From an uncultured Candidatus Saccharibacteria bacterium (GTDB lineage Bacteria; Patescibacteriota; Minisyncoccia; Phycocordibacterales; Zambryskibacteraceae): a stretch of 64,000 bases of DNA. Below, piece by piece: positions 17,641-25,439 of the stretch; positions within the stretch are counted from its first letter, which is position 1, and every line of letters begins with the position of its first letter. The notes under the pieces are model-generated. The model ran no database searches, was not told the origin of the DNA, and saw only the letters and a list, made by a program, of their open reading frames with translations. The position numbers and the translations under genes were made by a program. The stretch lies in contig CAYGIH010000001.1 in assembly GCA_964349945.1 (NCBI GenBank), positions 297,218 to 361,217 on the forward strand. Direction: 5' to 3'.

Positions 17641-18042
17641 TTAAATGACAACTTGTGTACAATGCGCACAACGCTTCGCATCAAGTGGTATTTCACTCAA
17701 ACACTCTTTGCATTTCTTTGTTGTTGGATCTGCTGGTGGTTCCTTGCGAGCTTTGGCTATAAGCATATTCATAGGCTTCACTACAAAGAAAAACACTGCC
17801 CCAGCTACAAGGAGAAATGATATAAGAGCATTAATAAAATGCCCATACATAAACTGACTGCCATTCAGACTAAACGAAAGCCCATTAAAATCAGGGACTT
17901 TGGTTATCGCAGCTATTAATGGGGTGAGGAGATCAGACACCAAAGCGCTCACAATTGTTCCAAACGCTGCTCCTACTACAACACCGACAGCTAGGTCAAC
18001 TACATTACCCCTAAGTAAAAATTGTTTAAATTCTTTAATCAT
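17641..18042 (-). CDS. mscL: Large-conductance mechanosensitive channel with a C-terminal zinc-ribbon
   Basis: MIKEFKQFLLRGNVVDLAVGVVVGAAFGTIVSALVSDLL is the MscL N-terminus and TM1. The C-terminus KKCKECLSEIPLDAKRCAHCTQVVI (CxxC-x10-CxxC) replaces the usual helical bundle. Confidence 0.8.
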   Translation of the reverse strand: MIKEFKQFLLRGNVVDLAVGVVVGAAFGTIVSALVSDLLTPLIAAITKVPDFNGLSFSLNGSQFMYGHFINALISFLLVAGAVFFFVVKPMNMLIAKARKEPPADPTTKKCKECLSEIPLDAKRCAHCTQVVI

Positions 18043-18108
18043 ATAATTAACAAATGTTATGTATTAATTTTTCCTTTTTGTATTTTACCACTAATTTAGC
18101 TTCGATTC

Positions 18109-18381
18109 TTATTCTAGTTTTTTGCAAAATACTAGAATAGATTCGGCGCGAGGTGTCAGCTTATGTAATACGTTATTACCCTTATTCCTTTTCAAAACCA
18201 ACCCAGCAATGGCCATTTTGCGAATATGATCTGAAGCATTCTGATAACCAATTTTTAATTTCTCTGATATGTCTTCCACTGATAATTCTGGTTCATTTTT
18301 CAGTAATTCTAATATTTGTATTCTCCTATGATTCGCAAAACCTTTTACTGCCCTTTCTATCCTTCTATAATTTGTTGCCAT
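18109..18381 (-). CDS. ArsR/SmtB family transcriptional regulator (second copy)
   Basis: FANHRRIQILELLKNEPELSVEDISEKLKIGYQNASDHIRKMAIAGLV is a winged-HTH ArsR signature. Confidence 0.8.
   Translation of the reverse strand: MATNYRRIERAVKGFANHRRIQILELLKNEPELSVEDISEKLKIGYQNASDHIRKMAIAGLVLKRNKGNNVLHKLTPRAESILVFCKKLE
18110..18139. promoter_or_regulatory. Operator-like palindrome B1 (tattctagttttttgcaaaatactagaata)
   Basis: Near-perfect 30-bp palindrome with a TTTTGCAAAA core. It overlaps the arsR-2 3' end and lies 70-100 nt upstream of mscL. Confidence 0.45.
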
Positions 18382-18416
18382 AAAATATTTTTATATTTTA
18401 AAATACCTCCTTAATT

Positions 18417-18448
18417 CTATTACGTAATTTTGCAAAAAACTAGAATAG
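18417..18448. promoter_or_regulatory. Operator-like repeat B2 (ctattacgtaattttgcaaaaaactagaatag)
   Basis: Same TTTTGCAAAA…ACTAGAATA half-site as B1, with the other arm replaced by ctattacgtaa. It lies upstream of the arsR-2 start. Confidence 0.45.
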
Positions 18449-18453
18449 ATATA

Positions 18454-18669
18454 CTAAGAAAGGGGTTTGAAGCGGGGTTGGGTGACGCCGTCGCGGGTGA
18501 CAGTCTCGAGGAACATACTGAGTGGGCGGACCCAGAGAGCTTCTTCACCAAAGTGTTTGTAGATGACCATTTTCTCCAATGTCTCACTGTGTTGAGCAAA
18601 CCCAACCACTTCGTATTTCCCTCCTTTGAAATGCTCATACAACCCAAGTTTTATTTCTTCATTATTCAT
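18454..18669 (-). CDS. DUF1653 domain protein, copy 2
   Basis: MNNEEIKLGLYEHFKGGKYEVVGFAQHSETLEKMVIYKH…WVRPLSMFLETVTRDGVTQPRFK. About 70 nt of DNA in the 3' half are near-identical to copy 1. Confidence 0.65.
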   Translation of the reverse strand: MNNEEIKLGLYEHFKGGKYEVVGFAQHSETLEKMVIYKHFGEEALWVRPLSMFLETVTRDGVTQPRFKPLS

Positions 18670-18702
18670 ATCTGTATTTTACATCATTTATAATTTTTAA
18701 AT

Positions 18703-18732
18703 CTATTACGTAATTTTGCAAAATACTAGAAT
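18703..18732. promoter_or_regulatory. Operator-like repeat B3 (ctattacgtaattttgcaaaatactagaata)
   Basis: Third copy, located upstream of DUF1653 copy 2. Confidence 0.45.
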
Positions 18733-18810
18733 AAGGACTATTTAACTATTCGCCTATTCCCTCCTTCGTATAAAACTACGGACGGGCGCGGCGCGCGAAT
18801 TAGAGAAGAG

Positions 18811-18879
18811 AAAATGCATCACCTCATACTTCCCTCCCTTAAAATGTTCGTATAACCCGAGTTTTATGGATTGATTCAT
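18811..18879 (-). pseudogene. 5' fragment of a third DUF1653 gene
   Basis: Encodes MNQSIKLGLYEHFKGGKYEV…. 33 nt are identical to the 5' end of copy 1. It is truncated at a junction with the aactattcgc…gcgcgaattagag repeat. Confidence 0.5.
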
Positions 18880-18881
18880 AA

Positions 18882-19742
18882 TTACCATATTAAATCATTT
18901 AATATGCCGTTCTCAATCATGTTTAGATTAAAAACATATTCATTATGATTATATGTCTCTTCGAGGGGTCTGAGTGCTGTCTCCCAGCCTTTCCCATCGG
19001 TAATCCAAATAAAATCAATGTTTTGCTTTCTTAAATCTGTATATAGACTCTTGAATTCGCCACATACAGCTTTCAGTTTTGATCCTCCCCCATTATAAAA
19101 ATTTACTTCTAAAAGTTTGATTTTATTATTTTTGGGATTATATATTGCGAAATCAAAACTTCTGCTAGATTTATCTACTTCAACGATTAACCCCCATTCT
19201 TCCTTTATTTTTTTAGCATTAACCTGTTTAAGATAAGCTAAACCTTTGTCATTACAAAATTTAATAATATTAGCTTCAGTTATATCTTCCATTAGAGTTC
19301 CTTCTCTGTTTTTTCTGCCATTACTATCTAAACCAACCTCAACTCCAATAACGTAATCAACAAGATTTTTTATACCATCTTCATTAAATAATTTTGCTAG
19401 TCCAGTATTTTTTATAAAATCATAGTATTCTTCAGCTTTTTTATTAGCATTGTTATTAAAATTGAAAAACATGCTTTTTTTAGTTTCTAAATCAAAAAGC
19501 TCAATATTTTTTTCACGTATCGCAAGAAGTGCTGGTATAGCTCTTATAATATCTGGATTTGACGAATAAAGTTTAATAAATTCTTCTTTTAAATTTTTCT
19601 TTCCTAAAAGATAATTCAATTTATTTAGAATTATTTCTAACTCTGAACTATGAGAAAATACTTTATTCCAATTAACAAAATAATCCCATGTTTTAATAGA
19701 ATTTTTGAAGGTATTAACTAAATAATTAAAATCTTTTTTCAT
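18882..19742 (-). CDS. Type II restriction endonuclease, DpnII/MboI (GATC) family
   Basis: 286 aa. LVDYVIGVEVGLDSNGRKNREGTLMEDI, LLEVNFYNGGGSKL and FIWITDGKGWE align with recalled R.DpnII segments (LVDYVTGVEVGMDTNGRKNRTG…, LIEVNFYSGSGSKL, FMWITDGQGW). Confidence 0.8.
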   Translation of the reverse strand: MKKDFNYLVNTFKNSIKTWDYFVNWNKVFSHSSELEIILNKLNYLLGKKNLKEEFIKLYSSNPDIIRAIPALLAIREKNIELFDLETKKSMFFNFNNNANKKAEEYYDFIKNTGLAKLFNEDGIKNLVDYVIGVEVGLDSNGRKNREGTLMEDITEANIIKFCNDKGLAYLKQVNAKKIKEEWGLIVEVDKSSRSFDFAIYNPKNNKIKLLEVNFYNGGGSKLKAVCGEFKSLYTDLRKQNIDFIWITDGKGWETALRPLEETYNHNEYVFNLNMIENGILNDLIW

Positions 19743-19743
19743 G

Positions 19744-21339
19744 TTATTTTGTAATATTATTTTTAAGATAATTCCATGTTTCTATACTTTTTGTAAAAAT
19801 TTTATTTTCATTCAGATTTTTATCTTTCCTCATTTGCTCAATATAATATTTTTGTAAAATATTAAATATTTCATTTATATCTGTTTCGCTGTTTGATTTT
19901 AAATAATAGAGACCAGCTATAATATGAAAGTCCATATGCCTAAGCATGCTTTTTTTGTTTTTATTTTTTTCACTTTTAATTTTTTTATCTACCAAAATTC
20001 CAATATCACATAATTCTATTATCCTGTTTGAATTAGTTTTGATTAGCTTTTGAACTTTTTCATATTCTCCGCGTATATCATTTTCAAAAATACTTTTTCT
20101 TGCATTTTTTGCTTGAGCTGGTTGCATATAGAATGCAGCATAAGACCATTGAAAAAATTTAATATATGGAATATTCATAATTTTTTTATCATGAAGTGAG
20201 CCTTTCCTGTTATAAATATATTTTCCTTTGCTTTTATTAAAAATAAAAATCTCCAATTCCTTTTGAAATAAATCATTTGTCCTAAGATCTTCCACTCTAA
20301 CAGCTTTTTGCGTATTAGATGATTCACAAATTCTATCAATCAACTGTTGGTCAACTGCTTGTATAAGCTTACATACAACCTTCGCATTTTTAAAATGAAT
20401 ATCTTTAGGGTTATTTTTATATAAACTAGAAAGATTACCAATAGTTTGCGCCCCATTAACAACTTGTGGCTCAATAATTTTATATTGCCTACTTTCACTT
20501 ATTATTTTTTTAGCAATAATCGTAATACCATTATGAAAAAGAAAAAACTTTTTAGTTTCATTTTGAATTGTCTTCAAAAGACCGTTTTGAAATTTAAAGT
20601 TTTTATGAGGAATCCTCACATTACTTGAAAATAAATCCTTATTATCATCAATATGTTTCTGATAAAGCTTTAGTAAGTCTAAAACGTTTACATTTACTAT
20701 TATTTCAGAGTACTCTTTTCTATCATCAATGGGCCACATTTTTGTTGCCGAGTTTACTGATAAATTCCATTCTGACAAAAAATCTATCTCAAGTAATTTA
20801 GAAATAACTTCATCAAGTGTTAGCAATGTTAAATTAACATTCGCTATATTTTTTATATCCTGTAACATAGCATCAACTTGCTTCCCAAACTTTTTAGGAT
20901 ACTTTTTTCTTATTATAAAAAGATTAATGACTTTGCGCTTATTTTGAGAAGAATGCCATTGTTTTATTTGCTTTTTTAAACGTTCACATATAGAAAAATC
21001 TTTTGGTTTTGCCTTTAAAAAATTTCTTATAATGCTTTCTCTAAAATTCTTTAGATCATTTGTTCCTAATCCCTCTTCAATTTTAAAATCAAATAGATCT
21101 AAAGACTCCTTAGCGAACACAACAGCGTCTACACCGTCATCAAAAATCCCATCTGTTATTATTAATTTAAAATCTTCATCTGTATGTTCTTTTTTATAAA
21201 TTATATTTAAACAAGTAATTATTAGAGAGTATGCCTTTTCACTAGAACCATCAAATCCTTTGCTTTGAAAATACTGAACAAGTCTTCTTGCTTGCGTTGT
21301 GTTTTTATCAATCAATGATGTCAATATCTCATTCTTCAT
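19744..21339 (-). CDS. AIPR-like abortive-infection protein (tentative) embedded in the R-M operon
   Basis: 531 aa. The N-terminal ITDGIFDDGVDAVVF is a Mrr-like DGxxDxG motif. The internal FHNGITI and VVNGAQT motifs resemble AIPR family hallmarks recalled from memory. Gaps of 1-3 nt separate it from the flanking MTase and REase genes. Confidence 0.55.
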   Translation of the reverse strand: MKNEILTSLIDKNTTQARRLVQYFQSKGFDGSSEKAYSLIITCLNIIYKKEHTDEDFKLIITDGIFDDGVDAVVFAKESLDLFDFKIEEGLGTNDLKNFRESIIRNFLKAKPKDFSICERLKKQIKQWHSSQNKRKVINLFIIRKKYPKKFGKQVDAMLQDIKNIANVNLTLLTLDEVISKLLEIDFLSEWNLSVNSATKMWPIDDRKEYSEIIVNVNVLDLLKLYQKHIDDNKDLFSSNVRIPHKNFKFQNGLLKTIQNETKKFFLFHNGITIIAKKIISESRQYKIIEPQVVNGAQTIGNLSSLYKNNPKDIHFKNAKVVCKLIQAVDQQLIDRICESSNTQKAVRVEDLRTNDLFQKELEIFIFNKSKGKYIYNRKGSLHDKKIMNIPYIKFFQWSYAAFYMQPAQAKNARKSIFENDIRGEYEKVQKLIKTNSNRIIELCDIGILVDKKIKSEKNKNKKSMLRHMDFHIIAGLYYLKSNSETDINEIFNILQKYYIEQMRKDKNLNENKIFTKSIETWNYLKNNITK

Positions 21340-21341
21340 AC

Positions 21342-22148
21342 TTAGGATTTTTTATTTTTCAAATTCTTATCTAATTCCTCATATCTTTTTATAGATACAT
21401 CTAAGTACTTTTTTTCTAAGTCTACACCTATAAACGTTCTTCCGTACAAGTGAGCCGCCACCCCAGTAGTTGAGCTACCTGTAAATGGGTCTAAAATAAC
21501 ATTTCCTTTATTTGTACTAGCCAATACAATTCTCTTCAATAAATCTTCTGGTTTTTGGGTAGGATGCTTCCCAAATTTCTTTTCAATTGGTTTTGGTGTC
21601 CCCATTGACCAAACTGAGCGCATTTGAAGGCCTGGTTTTTTTAACGCATCTTCTGGCCATGTTCCATTCTTCATCAAATCATAGTTAAATATGTGTTTTG
21701 CCTTTTTATCTTTTCTGGCCCAAATAAGAGTTTCATGACTTGCTGTGAAAAATCTACAACTTAAATTTGGTGATGCATTTGGTTTAAACCATGCAATATC
21801 ATTCAACACGTGAAATCCCGCAACTTGTAGGGCAAAACCACATTGATAAATTGAATGATATGTTCCACTTATCCAAATTGTCCCACTTGGTTTTAATACC
21901 CTATGAACCGCTTTTATCCATTCAAGATGGAATTCAAAATCTTTTTTTAGTCCATTGCTTTTATCCCAATCTCCTTTATGAACGCTGACCATTTTCCCCG
22001 CATGAACAGTAAAACCTCCATTTGAAAGCAAATATGGAGGATCTGCAAAAACCATATCAACAGAATTTTCTTCCATATCAGCCAAAATATCCAAACAATT
22101 TGCTTGATAGAGGGTAAAATTTTTATCTTTGTAATATGGTTTCTTCAT
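21342..22148 (-). CDS. Beta-class N6-adenine DNA methyltransferase, DpnA/M2.DpnII-like (GATC inferred)
   Basis: N-terminal DMVFADPPYLLSNGG (motif IV, DPPY) and C-terminal VILDPFTGSSTTGVAA (motif I). There is extended similarity to the recalled DpnA sequence (…VLKPSGTIWISG…GKHPTQKPE.LL.RI.LAST…). Confidence 0.9.
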   Translation of the reverse strand: MKKPYYKDKNFTLYQANCLDILADMEENSVDMVFADPPYLLSNGGFTVHAGKMVSVHKGDWDKSNGLKKDFEFHLEWIKAVHRVLKPSGTIWISGTYHSIYQCGFALQVAGFHVLNDIAWFKPNASPNLSCRFFTASHETLIWARKDKKAKHIFNYDLMKNGTWPEDALKKPGLQMRSVWSMGTPKPIEKKFGKHPTQKPEDLLKRIVLASTNKGNVILDPFTGSSTTGVAAHLYGRTFIGVDLEKKYLDVSIKRYEELDKNLKNKKS

Positions 22149-22553
22149 CTATCTATTCAAATAAGTAATAGTTAACTGCAATACTGTTGCAAAACTGACC
22201 CAAAGGAGATATGGGATGTTTATATAAGCAATCCAGCGAGCGATTGGGTAGATGACAACTAAAGCCCAGATGAGAGTACCTAGAACCAAAAGGATATCTA
22301 CGGCGGCGAGGTAGTTGTTCTTCAAGCCGAATTGGAAGTAAGTGAAAGAGAAGTTGAAAATGAGGTTGAGGATGAAAGGCAGAGCGACAGCGAAAGGAAT
22401 CTGTTTTTGGAAAAGGAGGATGAAAACCTTGCCGAATGAGATGGCTATTAATATATATAAAATTGGCCATACAATTCCAAAGATTGATGGATCAGGTGAC
22501 CATTGCGGTTTAATCAGCGATTGATATTCAATTTGAGTTTCATTCATGGCCAA
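22149..22553 (-). CDS. TspO/MBR family membrane protein (short form)
   Basis: IKPQWSPDPSIFGIVWPILYILIAIS parallels the TspO LKPxWxPPxWVFPLAWTSLY motif, and the C-terminal NIPYLLWVSFATVLQL resembles VPYLIWATAATGLN. It is the first gene of the R-M operon, with a 0-nt gap to the MTase. Confidence 0.65.
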   Translation of the reverse strand: MAMNETQIEYQSLIKPQWSPDPSIFGIVWPILYILIAISFGKVFILLFQKQIPFAVALPFILNLIFNFSFTYFQFGLKNNYLAAVDILLVLGTLIWALVVIYPIARWIAYINIPYLLWVSFATVLQLTITYLNR

Positions 22554-22649
22554 TTTTAATGTCTCCCGATTTTGTGCCGACTTCGCTTTCGAAGTCGAGC
22601 ATCCACGATACTATAAATAGTACCGGGACAAAATCGAGGACCCTCGATT

Positions 22650-22892
22650 TCATAAAAATTTTAATCTTTCGAGCGACTTCCTGCTTTTCCAGGATTTAAG
22701 CTGTAATTCCCTACGTCTTGCTTCCACGCTTGTATTATATTCTTCTTTATAAAATAAATCCCATGGCATCGAACTCTTCGTAGACTTCACTTTTCCTGAG
22801 TTATGAAGTCTAAGTCGCTCGTTTATATCATTGGTGTAACCAACATAATACTTACCATTTTTATTAGATTTTAAAATATATGTGTAATACAA
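22650..22892 (-). CDS. GIY-YIG nuclease domain protein (small, stand-alone)
   Basis: YYTYILKSNKNGKYYVGYTNDINERLRLHN matches the GIY-x10-YVG…R…HN pattern. Confidence 0.75.
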   Translation of the reverse strand: MYYTYILKSNKNGKYYVGYTNDINERLRLHNSGKVKSTKSSMPWDLFYKEEYNTSVEARRRELQLKSWKSRKSLERLKFL

Positions 22893-23049
22893 AATTAAAA
22901 TTTAATGAAATCGGGGCACACGGGTCCAAAGAGATACGCCGGTGGTGCCCAAGTGGGTTTGATGAGTTCGCTGAAGTAAATTTTAGTACTATCCATATAA
23001 AGATTATCTTACACTCATTTAGAGGCTTAAACTAGGCTTGGTTTGTCTA

Positions 23050-23078
23050 TTGACAAACCAAGCTGTTGGGTGTATAAT
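23050..23078 (+). promoter_or_regulatory. Consensus sigma70 promoter (TTGACA, 17-nt spacer, TATAAT)
   Basis: ttgaca at 23050-23055, a 17-nt spacer, then tataat at 23073-23078. It lies about 45 nt upstream of the RBS GGAGG and ATG at 23125. Confidence 0.65.
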
Positions 23079-23124
23079 ATGGGTAGAACAGGTGGTCGCA
23101 GTCCCCTACGAATACGGAGGCACC

Positions 23125-23517
23125 ATGGGTACCTTGAACAGGAAGTTTGGGAAGTTCTTGGTCGGTCTCGGATGCTCGCTCTTGTGGGCATGCGGTGCTG
23201 ACACCAGCGACTATCCCTTCCAGATTGTTGCGAATTCGCACCTCTCGGAAGCTGGTCGCTTGGACATCGGTCCAAAGGCAGTGAACCTCGGCGCCGGTGC
23301 CAAGGCCAACATGGACCCGATTCACCTGCCCGTCGATGACTGCCACGGCACCTCGACCGGTCCGTGCGGCAACTACTGGTACGGCTCTGTGACCTTCACC
23401 ACCACGAGTGGTGAGTACATCACCGAGTACTGCCAGTTCTACAGCCGTCGGCAGGGCTCGATTGACATCTTCCGCGACAGCAACAAGAAGCTCCGACTCT
23501 CATGCCAATCCGGCTGA
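23125..23517 (+). CDS. Small secreted/lipoprotein-like protein of 130 aa (GC-rich island)
   Basis: MGTLNRKFGKFLVGLGCSLLWACGADTS is a signal peptide with a lipobox-like LWAC. A Cys-rich mature part follows. RBS GGAGG precedes the ATG and a terminator follows the stop. Confidence 0.5.
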   Translation: MGTLNRKFGKFLVGLGCSLLWACGADTSDYPFQIVANSHLSEAGRLDIGPKAVNLGAGAKANMDPIHLPVDDCHGTSTGPCGNYWYGSVTFTTTSGEYITEYCQFYSRRQGSIDIFRDSNKKLRLSCQSG

Positions 23518-23540
23518 GAACAGGACTTCAACACCATACA

Positions 23541-23571
23541 CCCCGTTCCGATTCTGTCGGAACGGGGTTTT
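23541..23571 (+). terminator. Rho-independent terminator
   Basis: CCCCGTTCCGA-ttctg-TCGGAACGGGG followed by TTTTCAC. Confidence 0.65.
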
Positions 23572-23611
23572 CACTTGCAAATTTTTTCATCCTAAACACT
23601 TCGTGTCGGAC

Positions 23612-23640
23612 AAAGAAAAAGCTCGAGGGTTACTCGAGCT
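23612..23640 (-). terminator. Rho-independent terminator for the NMO gene
   Basis: AGCTCGAG-taacc-CTCGAGCT (minus sense) followed by TTTTTCTTTG. Confidence 0.6.
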
Positions 23641-23650
23641 GTTGTTGGGT

Positions 23651-25051
23651 TTAACCGCGGAGATACCGGATGGCATCCACTGCAGTGTAACTACTGTATT
23701 CATCCTGCATGAGGTGAGGAAGGAAACTCACATCATCACCCATGGTGAAAACTGGAAGTTCACGCGGATTACCCAGACCCGCGGCTGAAAAGAGTCCGTT
23801 GCACAGACACCTTACCCCGAGAGTATCTTCAATCTTGCCACCCTTGCGGAGATAGTCTGCTTCTGGTTCGGCCGAGCAACGAAAGCCAATCTTCCCATTC
23901 GGCATCTCATACGGATACACTAGCGCCGAACGATCACAAACTCTTGGCCTTGATTCGTACACTTGCGATTCTGATTGTGTACCCGCAAGTTGGACAACTT
24001 TGAACGGGAAGCCAGTTGGTGAAGCACATGGGTCAGTCAGAATCTGCAATTCTCCAAGAAACCCAAGTCTCCGAATCTTGTTGCGATACATCCGATCCAT
24101 CCCCGAATCATCGGAGAGTGCAAAGATGGAGCCCGCTTGGATACCAACTGCGCCGAGTGACTGTGCGCGAGCGAGCCCAGAGGGCGAAGCGAGCGACCCA
24201 CCAATCCAGAATGGAATCCCTAGATCGATGAGCTTTTGGAAATTCACTTCATCTCGTTCTCCGTACACGGGCTGACCCAAAACATCGAACACACCCTTCT
24301 TGCGTGGAGGAGCGTTGTGTCCTCCAGCAGTCGGCAGTTCGACGACGATGCCCTGCATACTATCTGGACCGAGCTTGGACTTCATGAGTGAAGCCAACAC
24401 ATCAGTAGAGACAATGGGCAGAAAGCCTGGACGCCGAAGCTCGCTCGGATATGATGCTCCAAAGAAAGCCTTCGGATCAAAACTAATCGTCCGAGTCCCC
24501 TCCTTGCTACCCTCCACAGAAACTCGATACTCTGGATTCCTACCGGAAGCCAACGCATCGAGCACCCCAGGGATTTGGAGCGTGATGCCCGCACCCATGG
24601 TGATGAAGTCTGCTCCTGCGAGCATCGCACCAGTGAGGTGATAGATGTGAGGAATCTGAAGCTTCTCCAGATAGTTCACACTTATCGGACCTTCGTGGCC
24701 CTCCTTGGCCAACCACACGAGTGCGAAGCTCGCAGCCACGGTGAGTTCAATGAGATCCCGTCGAGACTCCAAAGTGAACGCGGGTACTCGCTTGAAATTC
24801 GAGTTTGGGACCTTGCCACCTTCGATGAAATACTTCCTCAGAACCCTATCCACTACTCCTTGGAACGGAAACGTGGCCAGTGCACGACGATAATGCCCTC
24901 CTTCATCTCCGAGTTGGAGAATATGAGCGAGCACACGTTCTGCACCAGTGCACGACACTGTACCTAGTACACCAGCTTCTGAACAAACCTTCGCGAGGTG
25001 GGGGCTCGAGATGTAGATCCCCATGCCCCCTTGTATGATGGGTCTCTGCAT
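23651..25051 (-). CDS. Nitronate monooxygenase / 2-nitropropane dioxygenase family FMN oxidoreductase (GC-rich)
   Basis: 466 aa. N-terminal IIQGGMG…SS.LAKVCSEAGVLGT and downstream AGADFITMGAG and TAGGH are NMO/FabK-like motifs. Confidence 0.75.
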   Translation of the reverse strand: MQRPIIQGGMGIYISSPHLAKVCSEAGVLGTVSCTGAERVLAHILQLGDEGGHYRRALATFPFQGVVDRVLRKYFIEGGKVPNSNFKRVPAFTLESRRDLIELTVAASFALVWLAKEGHEGPISVNYLEKLQIPHIYHLTGAMLAGADFITMGAGITLQIPGVLDALASGRNPEYRVSVEGSKEGTRTISFDPKAFFGASYPSELRRPGFLPIVSTDVLASLMKSKLGPDSMQGIVVELPTAGGHNAPPRKKGVFDVLGQPVYGERDEVNFQKLIDLGIPFWIGGSLASPSGLARAQSLGAVGIQAGSIFALSDDSGMDRMYRNKIRRLGFLGELQILTDPCASPTGFPFKVVQLAGTQSESQVYESRPRVCDRSALVYPYEMPNGKIGFRCSAEPEADYLRKGGKIEDTLGVRCLCNGLFSAAGLGNPRELPVFTMGDDVSFLPHLMQDEYSSYTAVDAIRYLRG

Positions 25052-25161
25052 TTCGAACTCCTTGTGAAAGAACTATGGTTGTAGTACGTCTATATAAATG
25101 ATAGCAGATTTAGAAAGAATGAGATTCTATCTATATATCTGCAATCACGTATACTGAGTTT

Positions 25162-25419
25162 ATGGACACACTACTTCAGTCACAAATATTCTTCTTTATT
25201 TCATCTGTTGGGTTTGTTTTGTTGTGGATTTTCCTCGCTGTCTTTCTCTACTATCTAATCCGCACCACTCGGGCGCTCTCTAGAATAGTAGAGAAGGCCG
25301 AAAAGGATATCGAAGCAATCGGCGACACCACTAGAGAAGTGATTGAAGAAATGCAAGACAGTACAGTGTTTAAATTTTTGTTCGGAAGCAAAAGAAAACG
25401 AAACAAGAAATCAAAATAA
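25162..25419 (+). CDS. Small membrane-anchored protein, hypothetical
   Basis: 85 aa with an N-terminal TM segment and a charged coiled-coil-like tail. Confidence 0.4.
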   Translation: MDTLLQSQIFFFISSVGFVLLWIFLAVFLYYLIRTTRALSRIVEKAEKDIEAIGDTTREVIEEMQDSTVFKFLFGSKRKRNKKSK

Positions 25420-25439
25420 TTATTAATTAAATTATAAAT

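Noticed and set aside
16000-18900. Possible CRISPR array or integron cassette array, suggested by the many short palindromic repeats
   Set aside because: The repeats belong to at least three different families of different lengths and are irregularly spaced. The intervening segments are ordinary genes rather than 30-40-bp spacers. No cas genes or integrase are in the window, and the repeats are too short for attC sites.
22554-22649. Two short hairpins (CGACTTCG-cttt-CGAAGTCG and ATCGAGG-acc-CTCGAT) upstream of the R-M operon, considered as a tRNA or terminator
   Set aside because: No cloverleaf can be drawn and neither hairpin is followed by a U-tract. They are possibly regulatory or recombination-related, but I cannot support a specific call.
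22893-22990. GC-rich 70-bp orphan segment (ggggcacacgggtcc…ggtggtgccc) considered as a tRNA fragment or att site
   Set aside because: It cannot be folded into tRNA arms and has no matching direct repeat at the other island border that I can see. It is kept only as a note under the GC-island finding.
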